Origin: an uncultured Aliarcobacter sp.
Lineage (GTDB): Bacteria; Campylobacterota; Campylobacteria; Campylobacterales; Arcobacteraceae
Reading direction: 5' to 3'
Assembly: GCA_963677435.1 (NCBI GenBank)
Contig: OY781945.1
Coordinates: forward strand, 320,001 to 384,000
DNA: 64,000 nucleotides
Position numbers and translations under genes: made by a program. Of this stretch, positions 27,764 through 39,400 are shown one piece after another. The notes under the pieces were generated by a model. The model was not told where the DNA came from. It saw nothing but the letters and a program-made list of their open reading frames with translations, and did not search any database. Each line of letters starts with the position of its first letter. Position 1 is the first letter of the stretch.

Positions 27764-29220
27764 TATATTGCCTTACAATCCCATTCTGGGTAATTTCTTC
27801 TAATAAATTCATTTAATTCAATTTCAGCTTTTGAGTAAACTTTTTTCTCATCTTCAAGTTTTGCAAAACCTTCAATTGAAGATACAATCATTCCAGCACC
27901 AACAGTTGAATTTGTATATTTATCTATGATAATAAAACTTCCTGTATATCTGTTTTCATGGTATGGATCAACTGCAATTTCTCTATCTAATGATAATGTA
28001 CATTTTGCAATATCATTAAGTGATAATTCACTTGCTTCAATTTCTTCAAAAGTATTAATATTTTTCTTAAATTCAATAGCGTTAAATGCACCATTTATAA
28101 CTGAAGTTGCTCTTTTAATCACATAATTTTGATTAAGTTTCATTGGAGTTTCATCCATCCATACTACCATTGCTGACAAGTGATTTGATACTTTAGGAAT
28201 ATCAGTAGATTTAACTATCATATCACCTCTTGAAATATCAATCTCATCTTCAAGTGTAATTGTTGTTGCCATTGGAGCGAATGCTTTTTGTATTGTTTCA
28301 ACTTGCTCATCTTTTCCAATTGGTCTTAAATCTTTAATATCATTTGATACTATTGATTTTACTTTAGATGTTTTTCTTGATGGTAAAACTGTAATTTCAT
28401 CACCAACGTTTATCTCACCACTTGCAATTGTTCCAGAGAATCCTCTAAAATTTAAGTGAGGACGTAATACATATTGAACAGGAAGTCTAAATGATGAAGA
28501 TTCTTGTTTATGTATAGACGTATTGTCTAATAATGGCATTAAAGGAAGACCTTTATACCAAGAACATTTTGGCGAAATAGTTAAGATATTATCTCCATCA
28601 AGTGCCGAAATAGGGATAAACTGAATATTTAAATCATTATGATGAGGAAGGTACTCGATAATTTCATTATAATCTTTTTTGATTTTTTCAAATACTTCTT
28701 CACTAAAATCAACTAAGTCCATTTTATTAATAGCAACGATTAGGTTTTTAATACCTAATAAACTTGCAATATAAGAGTGTCTTTTAGTTTGAGTTAAAAT
28801 TCCTTGTCTTGCATCTATTAAAATAATAGCAATATCAGCAGTACTAGCACCCGTTGCCATATTTCTTGTATATTGCTCATGACCTGGAGTATCTGCTATG
28901 ATAAACTTTCTTTTATCAGTTGAGAAGAATCTATAAGCAACATCAATAGTAATACCTTGTTCTCTCTCACTAGCTAATCCATCAACTAAAAGTGCTAAGT
29001 CAATTTTATCACCAGTAGTTCCTGATTTTTTACTATCTTTTTCAATAGCTGCTAATTGATCTTCAAAAATCATTTTTGAATCATATAAAAGTCTTCCAAT
29101 TAGAGTACTTTTACCATCATCAACACTTCCACAAGTGATAAATCTACATATTTCTTTATTCTCGTGTTCTTTTAAATATTGTTCTATATTTTCTGCTATT
29201 AAATCTGATTGATGTGCCAT
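27763..29220 (-). CDS. cysN: Sulfate adenylyltransferase large subunit
   Basis: RFITCGSVDDGKSTLIGRLL, EQGITIDVAY, DTPGHEQYTRNMATGAS; ATG at 29220. Confidence 0.96.
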   Translation of the reverse strand: MAHQSDLIAENIEQYLKEHENKEICRFITCGSVDDGKSTLIGRLLYDSKMIFEDQLAAIEKDSKKSGTTGDKIDLALLVDGLASEREQGITIDVAYRFFSTDKRKFIIADTPGHEQYTRNMATGASTADIAIILIDARQGILTQTKRHSYIASLLGIKNLIVAINKMDLVDFSEEVFEKIKKDYNEIIEYLPHHNDLNIQFIPISALDGDNILTISPKCSWYKGLPLMPLLDNTSIHKQESSSFRLPVQYVLRPHLNFRGFSGTIASGEINVGDEITVLPSRKTSKVKSIVSNDIKDLRPIGKDEQVETIQKAFAPMATTITLEDEIDISRGDMIVKSTDIPKVSNHLSAMVVWMDETPMKLNQNYVIKRATSVINGAFNAIEFKKNINTFEEIEASELSLNDIAKCTLSLDREIAVDPYHENRYTGSFIIIDKYTNSTVGAGMIVSSIEGFAKLEDEKKVYSKAEIELNEFIRRNYPEWDCKAI

Positions 29221-29221
29221 T

Positions 29222-30136
29222 CTAAAAATATCCTTCTTGTTTCTTTTTCTCCATTGATGCGTCACCATCACTATCTATTAATCTTCCTTGTCTTTCACTT
29301 GTAGTACAAATTAACATCTCTTGAATAATCTCAGGTAAAGTTGTAGCTTCACTATTAACGGCACCTGTAAGTGGATAACAACCTAAAGTTCTAAATCTTA
29401 CCATCTCTTTTTTAGCTGTTTTTCTTAACTCTTCAGGCATTCTGTCATCATCTACCATGATTTTTGTACCCATATATTCAACTACTTCTCTCTCTTTTGA
29501 AAAGTATAAATCAGGAATAGGAATACCTTCAAGATAAATATATTGCCAAATATCTAATTCTGTCCAATTTGATAATGGGAATACTCTAATAGACTCACCT
29601 TTTGTGTGTTTTCCGTTATATATATTCCACAACTCTGGTCGTTGAGATTTTGGATCCCATCTATGGTTTTTATCTCTAAAAGAGTAGATTCTCTCTTTTG
29701 CTCTTGATTTCTCTTCATCTCTTCGAGCACCCCCAAATACAGCATCAAACTTTTGGATATTTAACATCTGTTTTAATCCTTCAGTTTTCATAACATCTGT
29801 ATGTAATGCTGACCCGTGAGTAAATGGAGAGATATTCATCTCTTCACCTTTTGGATTAGTATAAACTATAAGTTCCATACCAACTTCTTTTGCTCTTTTA
29901 TCCCTAAACTCAATCATCTCTTTAAACTTCCATGTTGTATCAACATGAACTAAAGGAAGTGGAGGAGGTGCAGGATAAAATGCTTTTTGTAAAAGATGTA
30001 ACATTACAGAAGAGTCTTTTCCAACACTATATAACATTGCTGGATTTGAGAACTCTGCTACAACTTCTCTCATAATATGCATTGATTCTGCTTCTAGTTG
30101 TTTTAGATGTGTTAATCTATTTTGACTTATTTGCAT
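29222..30136 (-). CDS. cysD: Sulfate adenylyltransferase small subunit
   Basis: [47 protein letters not shown]. Confidence 0.97.
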   Translation of the reverse strand: MQISQNRLTHLKQLEAESMHIMREVVAEFSNPAMLYSVGKDSSVMLHLLQKAFYPAPPPLPLVHVDTTWKFKEMIEFRDKRAKEVGMELIVYTNPKGEEMNISPFTHGSALHTDVMKTEGLKQMLNIQKFDAVFGGARRDEEKSRAKERIYSFRDKNHRWDPKSQRPELWNIYNGKHTKGESIRVFPLSNWTELDIWQYIYLEGIPIPDLYFSKEREVVEYMGTKIMVDDDRMPEELRKTAKKEMVRFRTLGCYPLTGAVNSEATTLPEIIQEMLICTTSERQGRLIDSDGDASMEKKKQEGYF

Positions 30137-30153
30137 TTTTTTCCCTTTCAAAT

Positions 30154-30259
30154 GGTTCCCATTTTAAAGGAACCTATTTTTTATATAACTACTTTTTAGC
30201 GGATTTGTGAAAAATCCCTAAAAGTAGCAAAACCTAAAGGGCTTTGAGAACAAAGCCTT
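30154..30259. repeat. Three tandem stem-loops in the cysH-cysD intergenic region
   Basis: GGTTCC/GGAACC; CTACTTTTTAGCGGATTT/AAATCCCTAAAAGTAG; GGCTTTG-AGAA-CAAAGCC. Confidence 0.6.
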
Positions 30260-30263
30260 ACTC

Positions 30264-30968
30264 TTATTTCTTGTGTAAACCACACTCTTTGTGTTCTGGG
30301 TTTTCCCACCACCATCTTCCTGCTCTTATATCTTCACCATCTTTGATAGCTCGTGTACATGGAGCACAACCAATACTTGGAAATCCTTTATCGTGAAGTT
30401 TATTATATGGAACTTTGTTTTCTTTTATATAATCCCATACATTTTCTTCTGTCCAATTAATTAAAGGATTTACTTTAATTACTTTGAAGTTCTCATCCCA
30501 TTCAACTAAAGGCATATCAACTCTTGTAACACTTTGAGCAGCTCTTAAACCAGTTACCCAAACTTCAACATTTTTTAAAGCTCTTTTTAAAGGTTCGATT
30601 TTTCTGATATTACAGCAGTTTTTTCTATTATCAATACTCTCATAGTGACCATTTACACCTTGAGTTTGATAAAGTTCTTGTACCTTTTCATATTGAGGAA
30701 AAAATACATCAATTTTTACACCATACTTTAAATTTGTTGCATCCATAACATCATAAGTTTCAGGGTGTAATCTTCCTGTATCTAATGTAAATATTGTTGC
30801 ATTCTTATCTTGTTTCAAAATAATATCTGTTAAAACTTGGTCTTCAGCTGCTAAGCTTGAACTTAGTTTTACATTTTTGAATTTTGTTAAGAAATACTCT
30901 ATAACTTCTTGTGTAGATTTATTTTCTAAATCTTTATTTATATCTTTTATTAATTCTTTATTACTCAT
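30264..30968 (-). CDS. cysH: APS/PAPS reductase (Fe-S type APS reductase motifs)
   Basis: LDTGRL, CCNIRK, SIGCAPCT, ECGLH. Confidence 0.95.
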   Translation of the reverse strand: MSNKELIKDINKDLENKSTQEVIEYFLTKFKNVKLSSSLAAEDQVLTDIILKQDKNATIFTLDTGRLHPETYDVMDATNLKYGVKIDVFFPQYEKVQELYQTQGVNGHYESIDNRKNCCNIRKIEPLKRALKNVEVWVTGLRAAQSVTRVDMPLVEWDENFKVIKVNPLINWTEENVWDYIKENKVPYNKLHDKGFPSIGCAPCTRAIKDGEDIRAGRWWWENPEHKECGLHKK

Positions 30969-30978
30969 TTTTTATAAC

Positions 30979-31209
30979 CTAAATTTGATAATCAGTTGCT
31001 GGAGGTTGAACTCTTCCAAGGGGAATTTTATTCCATGCTCTTTCGTGAAAATAGTAAAGTGCCATTTTTGTAATAACTTCAATTGAACCAATTGAAGCTG
31101 CCATTACTAGATTTCCTGTTACGAAATACGATATTATCATCGTATCAAGAGTACCAACTGTTCGCCATGAAATAGATTTTACTACTGATCTATATGGTTT
31201 TTCGTGCAT
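30979..31209 (-). CDS. DUF2061 small membrane protein
   Basis: RSVVKSISWR...YYFHERAW. Confidence 0.85.
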   Translation of the reverse strand: MHEKPYRSVVKSISWRTVGTLDTMIISYFVTGNLVMAASIGSIEVITKMALYYFHERAWNKIPLGRVQPPATDYQI

Positions 31210-31252
31210 TTATTTTCCTATATTTAATTAAAGAAATTATGATAAAGAGTTT

Positions 31253-32185
31253 TTACTCTTCATCATAATCATATAAACCTGAACTTAGGTATCTTTCCCC
31301 TGTATCACATAAAATTGTAACAACAGTTTTACCTTTGTTTTCTGGTCTTGATGCAATTAATTGTGCTGCATGAACATTTGCTCCAGCTGATATTCCAATT
31401 AATAAACCTTCAGTTTGCGCTAAATGTCTTGAAGCTGCTATTGCATCATCATTTGATACTTGTAAAACTTCATCATAAATTTTTGTATTTAAAACATCAG
31501 GTACAAACCCAGCTCCAATTCCTTGAATTTTATGAGGTCCTGGTTTCCCACCACTTAATACTGGACTCGCTTCTGGTTCAACGGCAATAATTTGGATATT
31601 TGGATTATGAGCTTTTAAAACTTCACCAGTTCCAGTTATTGTTCCACCAGTTCCAATAGCAGCTACGAAAATATCAATTTTCCCATCAGTATCAGCTAAA
31701 ATCTCTTTTGCAGTTGTAAGTCTGTGAATCTCAGGATTTGCAACATTTGCAAATTGTTGAGGAATAAAAGAGTTTGGAGTCTCTTCTTGTAATTCAACAG
31801 CTTTTTCAATAGCACCTTTCATTCCTTTTTCAGGCGCAGTTAATACTAACTCAGCTCCTAAAGCTTTTAATAATCTTCTTCTTTCAATACTCATTGATGA
31901 AGGCATTGTAAGAACTAATTTAATTCCAAGAGCAGCACAAACAGAAGCTAATGCAATTCCAGTATTTCCACTTGTAGGTTCAATTACAGTTGTACCTTCT
32001 TTAATTAATCCAGCTTTTAAAGCTGCATTTATCATGTTTGTTCCAATTCTATCTTTTACAGAATGTGAAGGGTTCATAAATTCACATTTACCTAAAACTG
32101 TTGCACCACTTGTTTTTGTTGCACCTTGTAATTTTACTAAAGGTGTGTTACCAATTAATTCTGTTATGTTATTTGCATATTTCAT
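31253..32185 (-). CDS. cysK: Cysteine synthase A
   Basis: [40 protein letters not shown] at 32185. Confidence 0.96.
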   Translation of the reverse strand: MKYANNITELIGNTPLVKLQGATKTSGATVLGKCEFMNPSHSVKDRIGTNMINAALKAGLIKEGTTVIEPTSGNTGIALASVCAALGIKLVLTMPSSMSIERRRLLKALGAELVLTAPEKGMKGAIEKAVELQEETPNSFIPQQFANVANPEIHRLTTAKEILADTDGKIDIFVAAIGTGGTITGTGEVLKAHNPNIQIIAVEPEASPVLSGGKPGPHKIQGIGAGFVPDVLNTKIYDEVLQVSNDDAIAASRHLAQTEGLLIGISAGANVHAAQLIASRPENKGKTVVTILCDTGERYLSSGLYDYDEE

Positions 32186-32195
32186 TCTAGATCCT

Positions 32196-32609
32196 TTATA
32201 TATTGTAATGTAAAAATTCGTTATATTTTTCTTGATATTCATCTAGTTTATCTAAAGGAATATCAAAAATTTTCTTCATACTATTTTTTGATTCATCAAA
32301 AAAGATGTTTAAAATTGGATTATCAGTTTTAACATCTACTATCTTGATATCATCTTCTAAAGCTATTAAAATATCAACAATCTTAATATCTTTAGCACTT
32401 TTTGCAAGAACATATCCTCCCCTTGCACCTCGTATACTTTTTACAAGTTCCGCTCTTCTTAATTTACTTAGAAGTTGTTCTAAGTAATTTTGAGGGATAT
32501 TAGCATTAGCTGATATATCTCTGATTTGCATGGGAGAATCTTCTTGATGCTTACTTAACTCGTACATGGCAGTTAAACCGTATACACCTTTTGTTGATAT
32601 TAATGGCAT
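32196..32609 (-). CDS. Rrf2-family regulator (CymR-like, no Cys)
   Basis: [27 protein letters not shown]; no cysteines, embedded in the Cys/Met operon. Confidence 0.9.
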   Translation of the reverse strand: MPLISTKGVYGLTAMYELSKHQEDSPMQIRDISANANIPQNYLEQLLSKLRRAELVKSIRGARGGYVLAKSAKDIKIVDILIALEDDIKIVDVKTDNPILNIFFDESKNSMKKIFDIPLDKLDEYQEKYNEFLHYNI

Positions 32610-32621
32610 TTTATTAGTTTC

Positions 32622-33890
32622 TTAATTCAATGCTTGGTTTAAATCTTCAATAAGATCAATCGTGTTTTCCAACCCAATAGAAAGTCTAATAGTTACTGGA
32701 TTTATTCCTGCTTTTATTAGCTCTTCTGGACTCATTTGTGAGTGAGTTGTAGATGCTGGATGAACAATAAGTGATTTACTATCTCCAATATTTACAACTA
32801 CGCTGAATAGTTTTGCACTATCAATAACTCTTTTTGCTTCTTCAAATGATTCAACATCAAAAGAGATAAGTCCAGATGATTTTCCACCTTTAAAATATTT
32901 TTGAGCTTTGTCATAATATTTGTTAGATTCTAATCCTGGGTAATTTACAGCTTTTACTTTTGGATGTGATTCTAAGAATTTAGCAACTTCTAAAGCATTA
33001 TCTGAATGTTTATCAACTCTTAAACTTAATGTCTCTAAAGTTTGGATTAATAACCAAGAGTTAAAAGGAGCTTGAGTTGCTCCAATATCTCTTAAAAGTG
33101 ATAATCTAATTCTTAAACAAAAGTTTGGAAGCGGAACATCTGTATAAACTAATCCATGATAAGATACATCAGGAGTTGTAAAGTGTGAATATCTGTTTTC
33201 ATTTGCTTTGAAGAATTCAGCTAATCCATCTCTTTCAACAATAATTCCACCAAGAGCAGTTCCTTGACCATTTGTATATTTTGAAGTTGAGTGAACAACA
33301 ACATCAACTCCCCATTTAATTGGATTAAATAATGCAGCACTTGCAACTGTATTATCACAAATAGTTAAAACACCATGTTTTTTTGCAATCTCAACTACTT
33401 TTTCCACATCAGGAATAGCAATTTGAGGGTTTGATAATGACTCAAAATAAATAGCTTTTGTTTTATCATCAATTAATGATTCTAAATCAGAAGCATCGTC
33501 ACTTTTAAATACTTTAGCATTAATTCCAAATCTTTTCATAGTGTAAGTGAATAATGTAACACTTCCACCATATAATTTGTCAGAGATAAGAATATTATCA
33601 CCAGCTTCAGCTACATTTGCAATTGCAAAAAATGACGCAGCTTGTCCTGAAGATGTACAAATAGCAGCAGCTCCACCTTCAAGTGCAGCAAATCTTTGCT
33701 CTAAAACATCCGTTGTTGGATTTGTTAATCTAGTATAGATTGGTCCAAGTTCTTTTAATGCAAATAAATTTGCAGCATGTTCAGAATCTCTAAATGCATA
33801 AGCAGTTGTTTGAGTAATTGGAACACTCATTGTTCCAAAACCTTCTTTTTTGTTATACCCAGCGTGTATTGCAATCGTTTCGTTTTGCAT
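32622..33890 (-). CDS. metY: O-acetylhomoserine/O-acetylserine sulfhydrylase
   Basis: IYTRLTNPT, AALEGG, HSTSKY, LRDIG, NIGDSKSLIVHPASTTH, RLSIGLE. Confidence 0.9.
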   Translation of the reverse strand: MQNETIAIHAGYNKKEGFGTMSVPITQTTAYAFRDSEHAANLFALKELGPIYTRLTNPTTDVLEQRFAALEGGAAAICTSSGQAASFFAIANVAEAGDNILISDKLYGGSVTLFTYTMKRFGINAKVFKSDDASDLESLIDDKTKAIYFESLSNPQIAIPDVEKVVEIAKKHGVLTICDNTVASAALFNPIKWGVDVVVHSTSKYTNGQGTALGGIIVERDGLAEFFKANENRYSHFTTPDVSYHGLVYTDVPLPNFCLRIRLSLLRDIGATQAPFNSWLLIQTLETLSLRVDKHSDNALEVAKFLESHPKVKAVNYPGLESNKYYDKAQKYFKGGKSSGLISFDVESFEEAKRVIDSAKLFSVVVNIGDSKSLIVHPASTTHSQMSPEELIKAGINPVTIRLSIGLENTIDLIEDLNQALN

Positions 33891-33933
33891 TCTTTCCCTT
33901 TCTTTTTATTTGTTCTTTTCTTTATATGTTGAA

Positions 33934-33962
33934 ATTATAGAACTTTTTTTTATTAATGTCAA
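33934..33962 (-). promoter_or_regulatory. Consensus sigma70 promoter of the metY-rrf2-cys operon
   Basis: Minus strand TTGACA-17 bp-TATAAT. Confidence 0.85.
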
Positions 33963-34015
33963 GTAATTTAATCACAATTAATATAATACCCTTTAAATAA
34001 GGGGTGATTAACTAA

Positions 34016-34034
34016 CTTGATTAAATCTATCAAG
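34016..34034. promoter_or_regulatory. Inverted repeat, Rrf2 operator candidate
   Basis: CTTGAT-TAAATCT-ATCAAG, resembling IscR type-1 TTGA-N9-TCAA boxes. Confidence 0.45.
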
Positions 34035-34101
34035 ATTATATCAAATGATTAAGTAATTTTATGTAAAATACCAATAAATCATAATTCTAAAGAGTCCTAA
34101 T

Positions 34102-34416
34102 ATGAAAAAATATAATATTTTTGAACAAATCATAGTTGATAAAAAAGAGGAAATATTTTTTGAAATTTTTAAAAACAAAACGATAAAAGTAGAAAAAATA
34201 GTTTCAAATGGACAAAAATCACCTGAAAATTTTTGGTATGAACAAGATAAAAGCGAATTTATTTTACTTCTTGAGGGTTTTGCAATATTAGAGTTTGAAA
34301 ATAAGGAAGTGGAGCTAAAAAAAGGTGATTGTTTAAATATAGAGGCTATGGAAAAACATAGGGTTAAATTTACAAGTTTGGAGGAGAGTACTATTTGGTT
34401 TGCGGTGTTTTATTAA
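34102..34416 (+). CDS. Cupin domain protein
   Basis: EKIVSNGQKSP..FWYEQ..EFILLLEG, LKKGD..I....HRV. Confidence 0.85.
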   Translation: MKKYNIFEQIIVDKKEEIFFEIFKNKTIKVEKIVSNGQKSPENFWYEQDKSEFILLLEGFAILEFENKEVELKKGDCLNIEAMEKHRVKFTSLEESTIWFAVFY

Positions 34417-34982
34417 CTTCTCGTAATCCTAAAAGTCTCAAAAGCCAAAACACTATTATCAAAAAACTCTTTTCTTGAACTTTTTTTGTCATCTACAAAA
34501 GAGTAGTTTATTTGAAAAACTTTTTTATTTTTATCAAAAAAAGTGCAGATTTTATCGTAACTATATCTGTATCTTCCAGCTATATGGAAGTTTCTTCGCT
34601 CTTTTATTTTTATTGTCTGTTTTGTATTAAAATAAAAAATTCTATTTTTTAGCAGTTTATCATCCATTAAAAAATGAAGTATAACTATTCCTTTATCACA
34701 AACAACACCAATTTCAATGATGAAAAAATTTAAGATTGCTTTATAAAGATAAAAGAAAAAAGGTGAAAAAAGTAGGGCAAAAAACAATCCAAATATATCA
34801 TTTGAAATAATGAAATGATAAAACATGGTAATACAAATAACTAAACCAAAAATTGAAAAAAAGAGTGAGAATAGATTTGAAAGCAGTTTTTGTTTTAAAA
34901 CTCTTTTTGGGATTAAATCTTCAAAAAAGATGATTTTTCCTAAGTCGCTTGGGATATGTTTTTTATATCTGAAGTTTTTCAT
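34413..34982 (-). CDS. Hypothetical membrane protein
   Basis: 189-aa ORF with two hydrophobic segments; no family recognised. Confidence 0.6.
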   Translation of the reverse strand: MKNFRYKKHIPSDLGKIIFFEDLIPKRVLKQKLLSNLFSLFFSIFGLVICITMFYHFIISNDIFGLFFALLFSPFFFYLYKAILNFFIIEIGVVCDKGIVILHFLMDDKLLKNRIFYFNTKQTIKIKERRNFHIAGRYRYSYDKICTFFDKNKKVFQINYSFVDDKKSSRKEFFDNSVLAFETFRITRS

Positions 34983-35071
34983 TTAAAGCCAATTTTTATG
35001 ATATAAGAAGTTTATTAAAAAATGCCAAAGCTCTATCTTAAAAAGGATTCCTTTAAAAGATAGATTATTAT

Positions 35072-36490
35072 TTATTCAACATCGTTTGCTAAAACTCTAT
35101 ATAAAGTTACACGATTATTAATTTTTGTTAAACGCAAAGAGATTAAATCTTGTTCTACACTATATAAGTTTCTTTGTGCTGTTAAAGCATTTAAGTATGT
35201 ATCAATACCTGCTTTATAGCGTTTTTCAGAAAGAAAATAGCTATTTTTAGAAGCATTAACTAGATTTTCTTGAGCGCTTAATTGATTCTCTATTGTTCCA
35301 TATCTTGCAAGGGCATCTGATACTTCACTAAATGCAGTTTGAATTGCTAATTCATATTTTGCAATATATAAATCCCTTTGAGATTTCGCATAATCAAGTG
35401 AAGCCTCTTTTGAACCCCAATCAAAAATTGGTAAAGAGATATTTGGAGCAAAACTCCAAACAGAAGCAGCTCCTCCACTAAAAAGATTACTTAAAGCAGT
35501 ACTTGCAATTCCTGCTGTTGTAGTGATAGAAATTGAGGGAAAATACGCAGCTCGTGCTACACTTATATTTGCATTTGCAGCTTTTAAATCATGTTCAGCA
35601 GCTAAAATATCTGGACGATTTAATAAAACATTTGAAGATAATCCAACTGGAATTGCAGTAAAATATTGTGCATTTTCATCTAATCCAGTAGGAAGTAACT
35701 CTTCTTTAAGATTTTCACCTACTGATAAGTTAAGTGCATTTAAATCTTGGGCTACTTGTGTTTTGTATTTTTCAATGTCTGCTAATGCTTGAAAATATAT
35801 AGTTTGGGCATCATAAAGTGCAACTTTTGAATCAACACCTGCTTTTATTCTAGCTTGGATAATATCTAGATTTTTTTTGCTATTAGTAGCAGTCTCTTTT
35901 GCAAAATTTAGTAAACTTTTATCAGCTGCCATTGTTAGCCAAGCATTTGTAACTTCTGCAATAATTGTAATACGAGTTGTTCTTTCATTTTCTTTTACTG
36001 ATAAGTAACTTTCAAAATCAGCTTTTGATAAATTTCTAGCCTTTCCGAAAAAATCCAATTCGTAAGAACTTAATCCTACGTTTGCATTGTAACTTTCAGA
36101 GATATTTGTAGAATTATTTGAAGATGAACTATTCAAAGATCTAGATTTATTTCCAGAAACTTCTCCATTTATTGTTGGAAATTCTGCAGCATTTTGTACT
36201 TTGTAAGTTGCTCTTGCTGATTGTATATTTGCTATTGCTTCTTTAAGTGTTCGATTTTGATTAAGTGATATTTTTATAACTTCTTTTAATTTCTCATCTA
36301 AAATCATATTTTCCCATAAAAGTGGTTCACTTATATCTGAAGTTTCAACTTTATATGCTTCTCCTTTTGGCCAATTTACTGGAATTGGAGCAGCTGGTTG
36401 TTCGTATTTAGAATCTATTAAACTACAAGCACTTAAAAACATTGATAAAGTAAGTGAGATAGATATATGAATTATTTTATTAGTTTTCAT
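35072..36490 (-). CDS. RND outer membrane lipoprotein (OprM/NodT family)
   Basis: Lipobox LSAC, SYELDFFG, RPDILAAEH, ARAAYFPSISIT. Confidence 0.93.
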   Translation of the reverse strand: MKTNKIIHISISLTLSMFLSACSLIDSKYEQPAAPIPVNWPKGEAYKVETSDISEPLLWENMILDEKLKEVIKISLNQNRTLKEAIANIQSARATYKVQNAAEFPTINGEVSGNKSRSLNSSSSNNSTNISESYNANVGLSSYELDFFGKARNLSKADFESYLSVKENERTTRITIIAEVTNAWLTMAADKSLLNFAKETATNSKKNLDIIQARIKAGVDSKVALYDAQTIYFQALADIEKYKTQVAQDLNALNLSVGENLKEELLPTGLDENAQYFTAIPVGLSSNVLLNRPDILAAEHDLKAANANISVARAAYFPSISITTTAGIASTALSNLFSGGAASVWSFAPNISLPIFDWGSKEASLDYAKSQRDLYIAKYELAIQTAFSEVSDALARYGTIENQLSAQENLVNASKNSYFLSEKRYKAGIDTYLNALTAQRNLYSVEQDLISLRLTKINNRVTLYRVLANDVE

Positions 36491-36493
36491 TTT

Positions 36494-39400
36494 TTAATCT
36501 GCCTTTTTTACTATATTTGAATTCGTTTTGTTTTTTCTAAAGATTGAACTTATTAAAACATAAAACAATGGAATCATAAATACTCCAAGAATCGTAGCTG
36601 TCAATGTTCCCCCAACAATTCCTGTTCCTATGGCAATTCTACTATTTGCTCCAGCTCCTGTTGAAACAGCAAGTGGTAAAACTCCAACTATAAAGGCTAA
36701 TGAAGTCATTAAAATAGGTCTTAATCTTAATCTTGCACCCTCAACAGCGGCATCCATTAAGGAGTGACCATTTTTGTAAGCAACTTCAACGAACTCGACA
36801 ATCAAAATTGCATTTTTAGAAGATAATCCAATTACAGTTAATAAGGCAACTTGGAAATAAACATCATTATCTAATCCTCTAATTGTTGTAATCAAAACAG
36901 CTCCAATAATCCCTAAAGGAATAACTAATAAAACAGAAAATGGAATTGACCAACTCTCATATAAAGCAGCAAGACATAAGAAAACAAACAAAATAGAAAT
37001 TGAGTATAAAAGTAAACTTTGTCCACTTGAAAGATGTTCTTGATATGATAATCCACTCCATGCAAAACTAGAACCTTTTGGAAGTTCATTTGCTAATTTT
37101 TCCATCTCATCCATAGCAGTTCCAGAACTAACGCCAGTAGCGCCTGCTCCTTGTATTTCATAAGAAGCTAAACCATTATATCTTGAAAGACTCTCTGGTC
37201 CAAAAGTCCATTTTGTAGTAGTAAATGTAGAAAATGGAGTCATACTCTCATTATCACTAGCTCTTACATACCACTTATTAATATCTTCAGGAGCAGAACG
37301 GAATGCTGCATCACCTTGAATATATACTTTTTTCACTCTTCCTCTATCGATAAAGTCATTTACATAACTTCCTGCCCATGCGGCATTTAATGTTGAGTCA
37401 ATTTGAGATAATTCAAGACCTAAAGATAAAGCTTTTTCATGGTCAATATCTACATGTAATTGTGGAGTTTCTTCCATACTTCCTAATCTAACACCTGATA
37501 ACATAGAATCTGTTGAAGCACCACTTAATAATGTATCTCTCATTTGTTTTAGAGTATCTCTTGAAGTCCCTGCATTTGCTTGAAGTTGGAAGGTAAATCC
37601 ATTTGTATTTCCTAATCCTCTAATAGCAGGAGGATTTAAAGCAAAAATCATAGCATCTCTTGTTGTAAATAATTGTTGATTTGTTCTATTTACTATAGCT
37701 GATGCACTATTTTGTGGGTCTAATCTTGAATCCCAATCTTTTAAAGAAACAAAAGCCATTCCTGCATTTTGTCCACTTCCACTAAAATTAAATCCTGAAA
37801 TTGTAAAAATAGATTCTGTATTATTTTTCTCATTAGTTAAAAAATGCTCTTCTACTTTTCTTGTGATTTCGTCTGTTCTTTTTACTGATGCACCTTGTGG
37901 TAATGATATTTGAGCCATTACTTCACCTTGATCTTCAAGGGGTAAAAAACTTGTAGGAAGTCTGTAAGTTAGAAATGACATAGCAACTATAATTATTAAA
38001 TATAAAAACATCCATCTTATAGGATTTTTTAAGATATTTAGAACTTTTTGCTCATATTTTTTTGTAATAGATTCAAAAGTATTATTAAACCAATGGAAAA
38101 AACCAGTAGTTTTTTCTTGGTGTTTTTCAGTTAATAGTGAGGCACATAAAGCAGGTGTTAAAGTTAAAGCCACAATTACAGAAAGAATCATTGAAGATAC
38201 AATTGTAATAGAGAATTGTCGATAAATAACACCAGTTGAACCATCAAAAAATGCCATTGGTAAGAAAACGGCAGAAAGAACAATAGCAATTCCAATTAAT
38301 ACTGTACTTACTTCTTTCATAGATTCTACAGTTGCATCGTGGGCAGAAAGACCTTTTTCTCTCATAATCCTTTCAACATTTTCAATTACAACAATTGCAT
38401 CATCAACAAGTAAACCAATGGATAAAACCATACCAAACATTGTTAAGGTATTTATTGAATATCCAAAAATTTGAAGTACTCCAAATGTTCCTAAAAGAAC
38501 AACTGGAACAGCAACTGCTGGAATAATAGTAGCTCGCCAACTTTGTAAAAAGATAAATACTACAAGAACAACTAATAAAATAGCTTCAATTAGAGTTTTT
38601 ACTACTTCATTTATAGAAATACTAATAAATTTTGTACTATCAATAGGATATGCGATTTTATAACCATCTGGCATATTTCGTTGTAATTCACTTAATAATG
38701 CTCGAACTTTTTTTGCAGTTGATAGGGCATTTGCACCTGAAGATAACATAACTGCAAGTCCAGAAGCAGGGTGACCATTTAATCTAGTTATATTATTATA
38801 AGATTCATTTCCTATTTCAACTCTTGCAACATCTGAAAGACGAACTAATGCTCCATTTGTATCATGTTTGATTATGATATTTTTAAATTGTTCAGGAGTT
38901 TGTAATTTTGATTCAGCAGTTACTGTTGCATTTAGTTGTTGATTTTCTAAGGTTGGCATTGCCCCTATTTTACCAGCTGATACTTGAACATTTTGAGTTG
39001 TAATTGCTGTTTGTATATCTGAGGGCATAAGTTTGTATGCTAAAAGTTTTGAAGGATCTAACCAAATACGCATAGCATATTGTGAACCAAAAACTTGGAT
39101 ACTTCCAACTCCTTCACTTCTTGCTACTGAATCTTGAATATTACTTACTAAATAATCAGAAATATCAGATGCTGTTGCCTTGTCTGTTTCATCATACAAT
39201 GCAGCAATCATTAAGAAATCTGTTTGAGACTTAGTAACATTCACTCCTTGTTCTTGTACAGAGGTTGGTAATCTTGTTGTTACTTGAGAGATTTTATTTT
39301 GAACTTGAACTTGTGCTGTATCTGGATTTGTTCCTTGTTCAAAAGATACATTAATACTAACACTACCTGAAGAAGTACTAGACGAGGTAAAATATAATAA

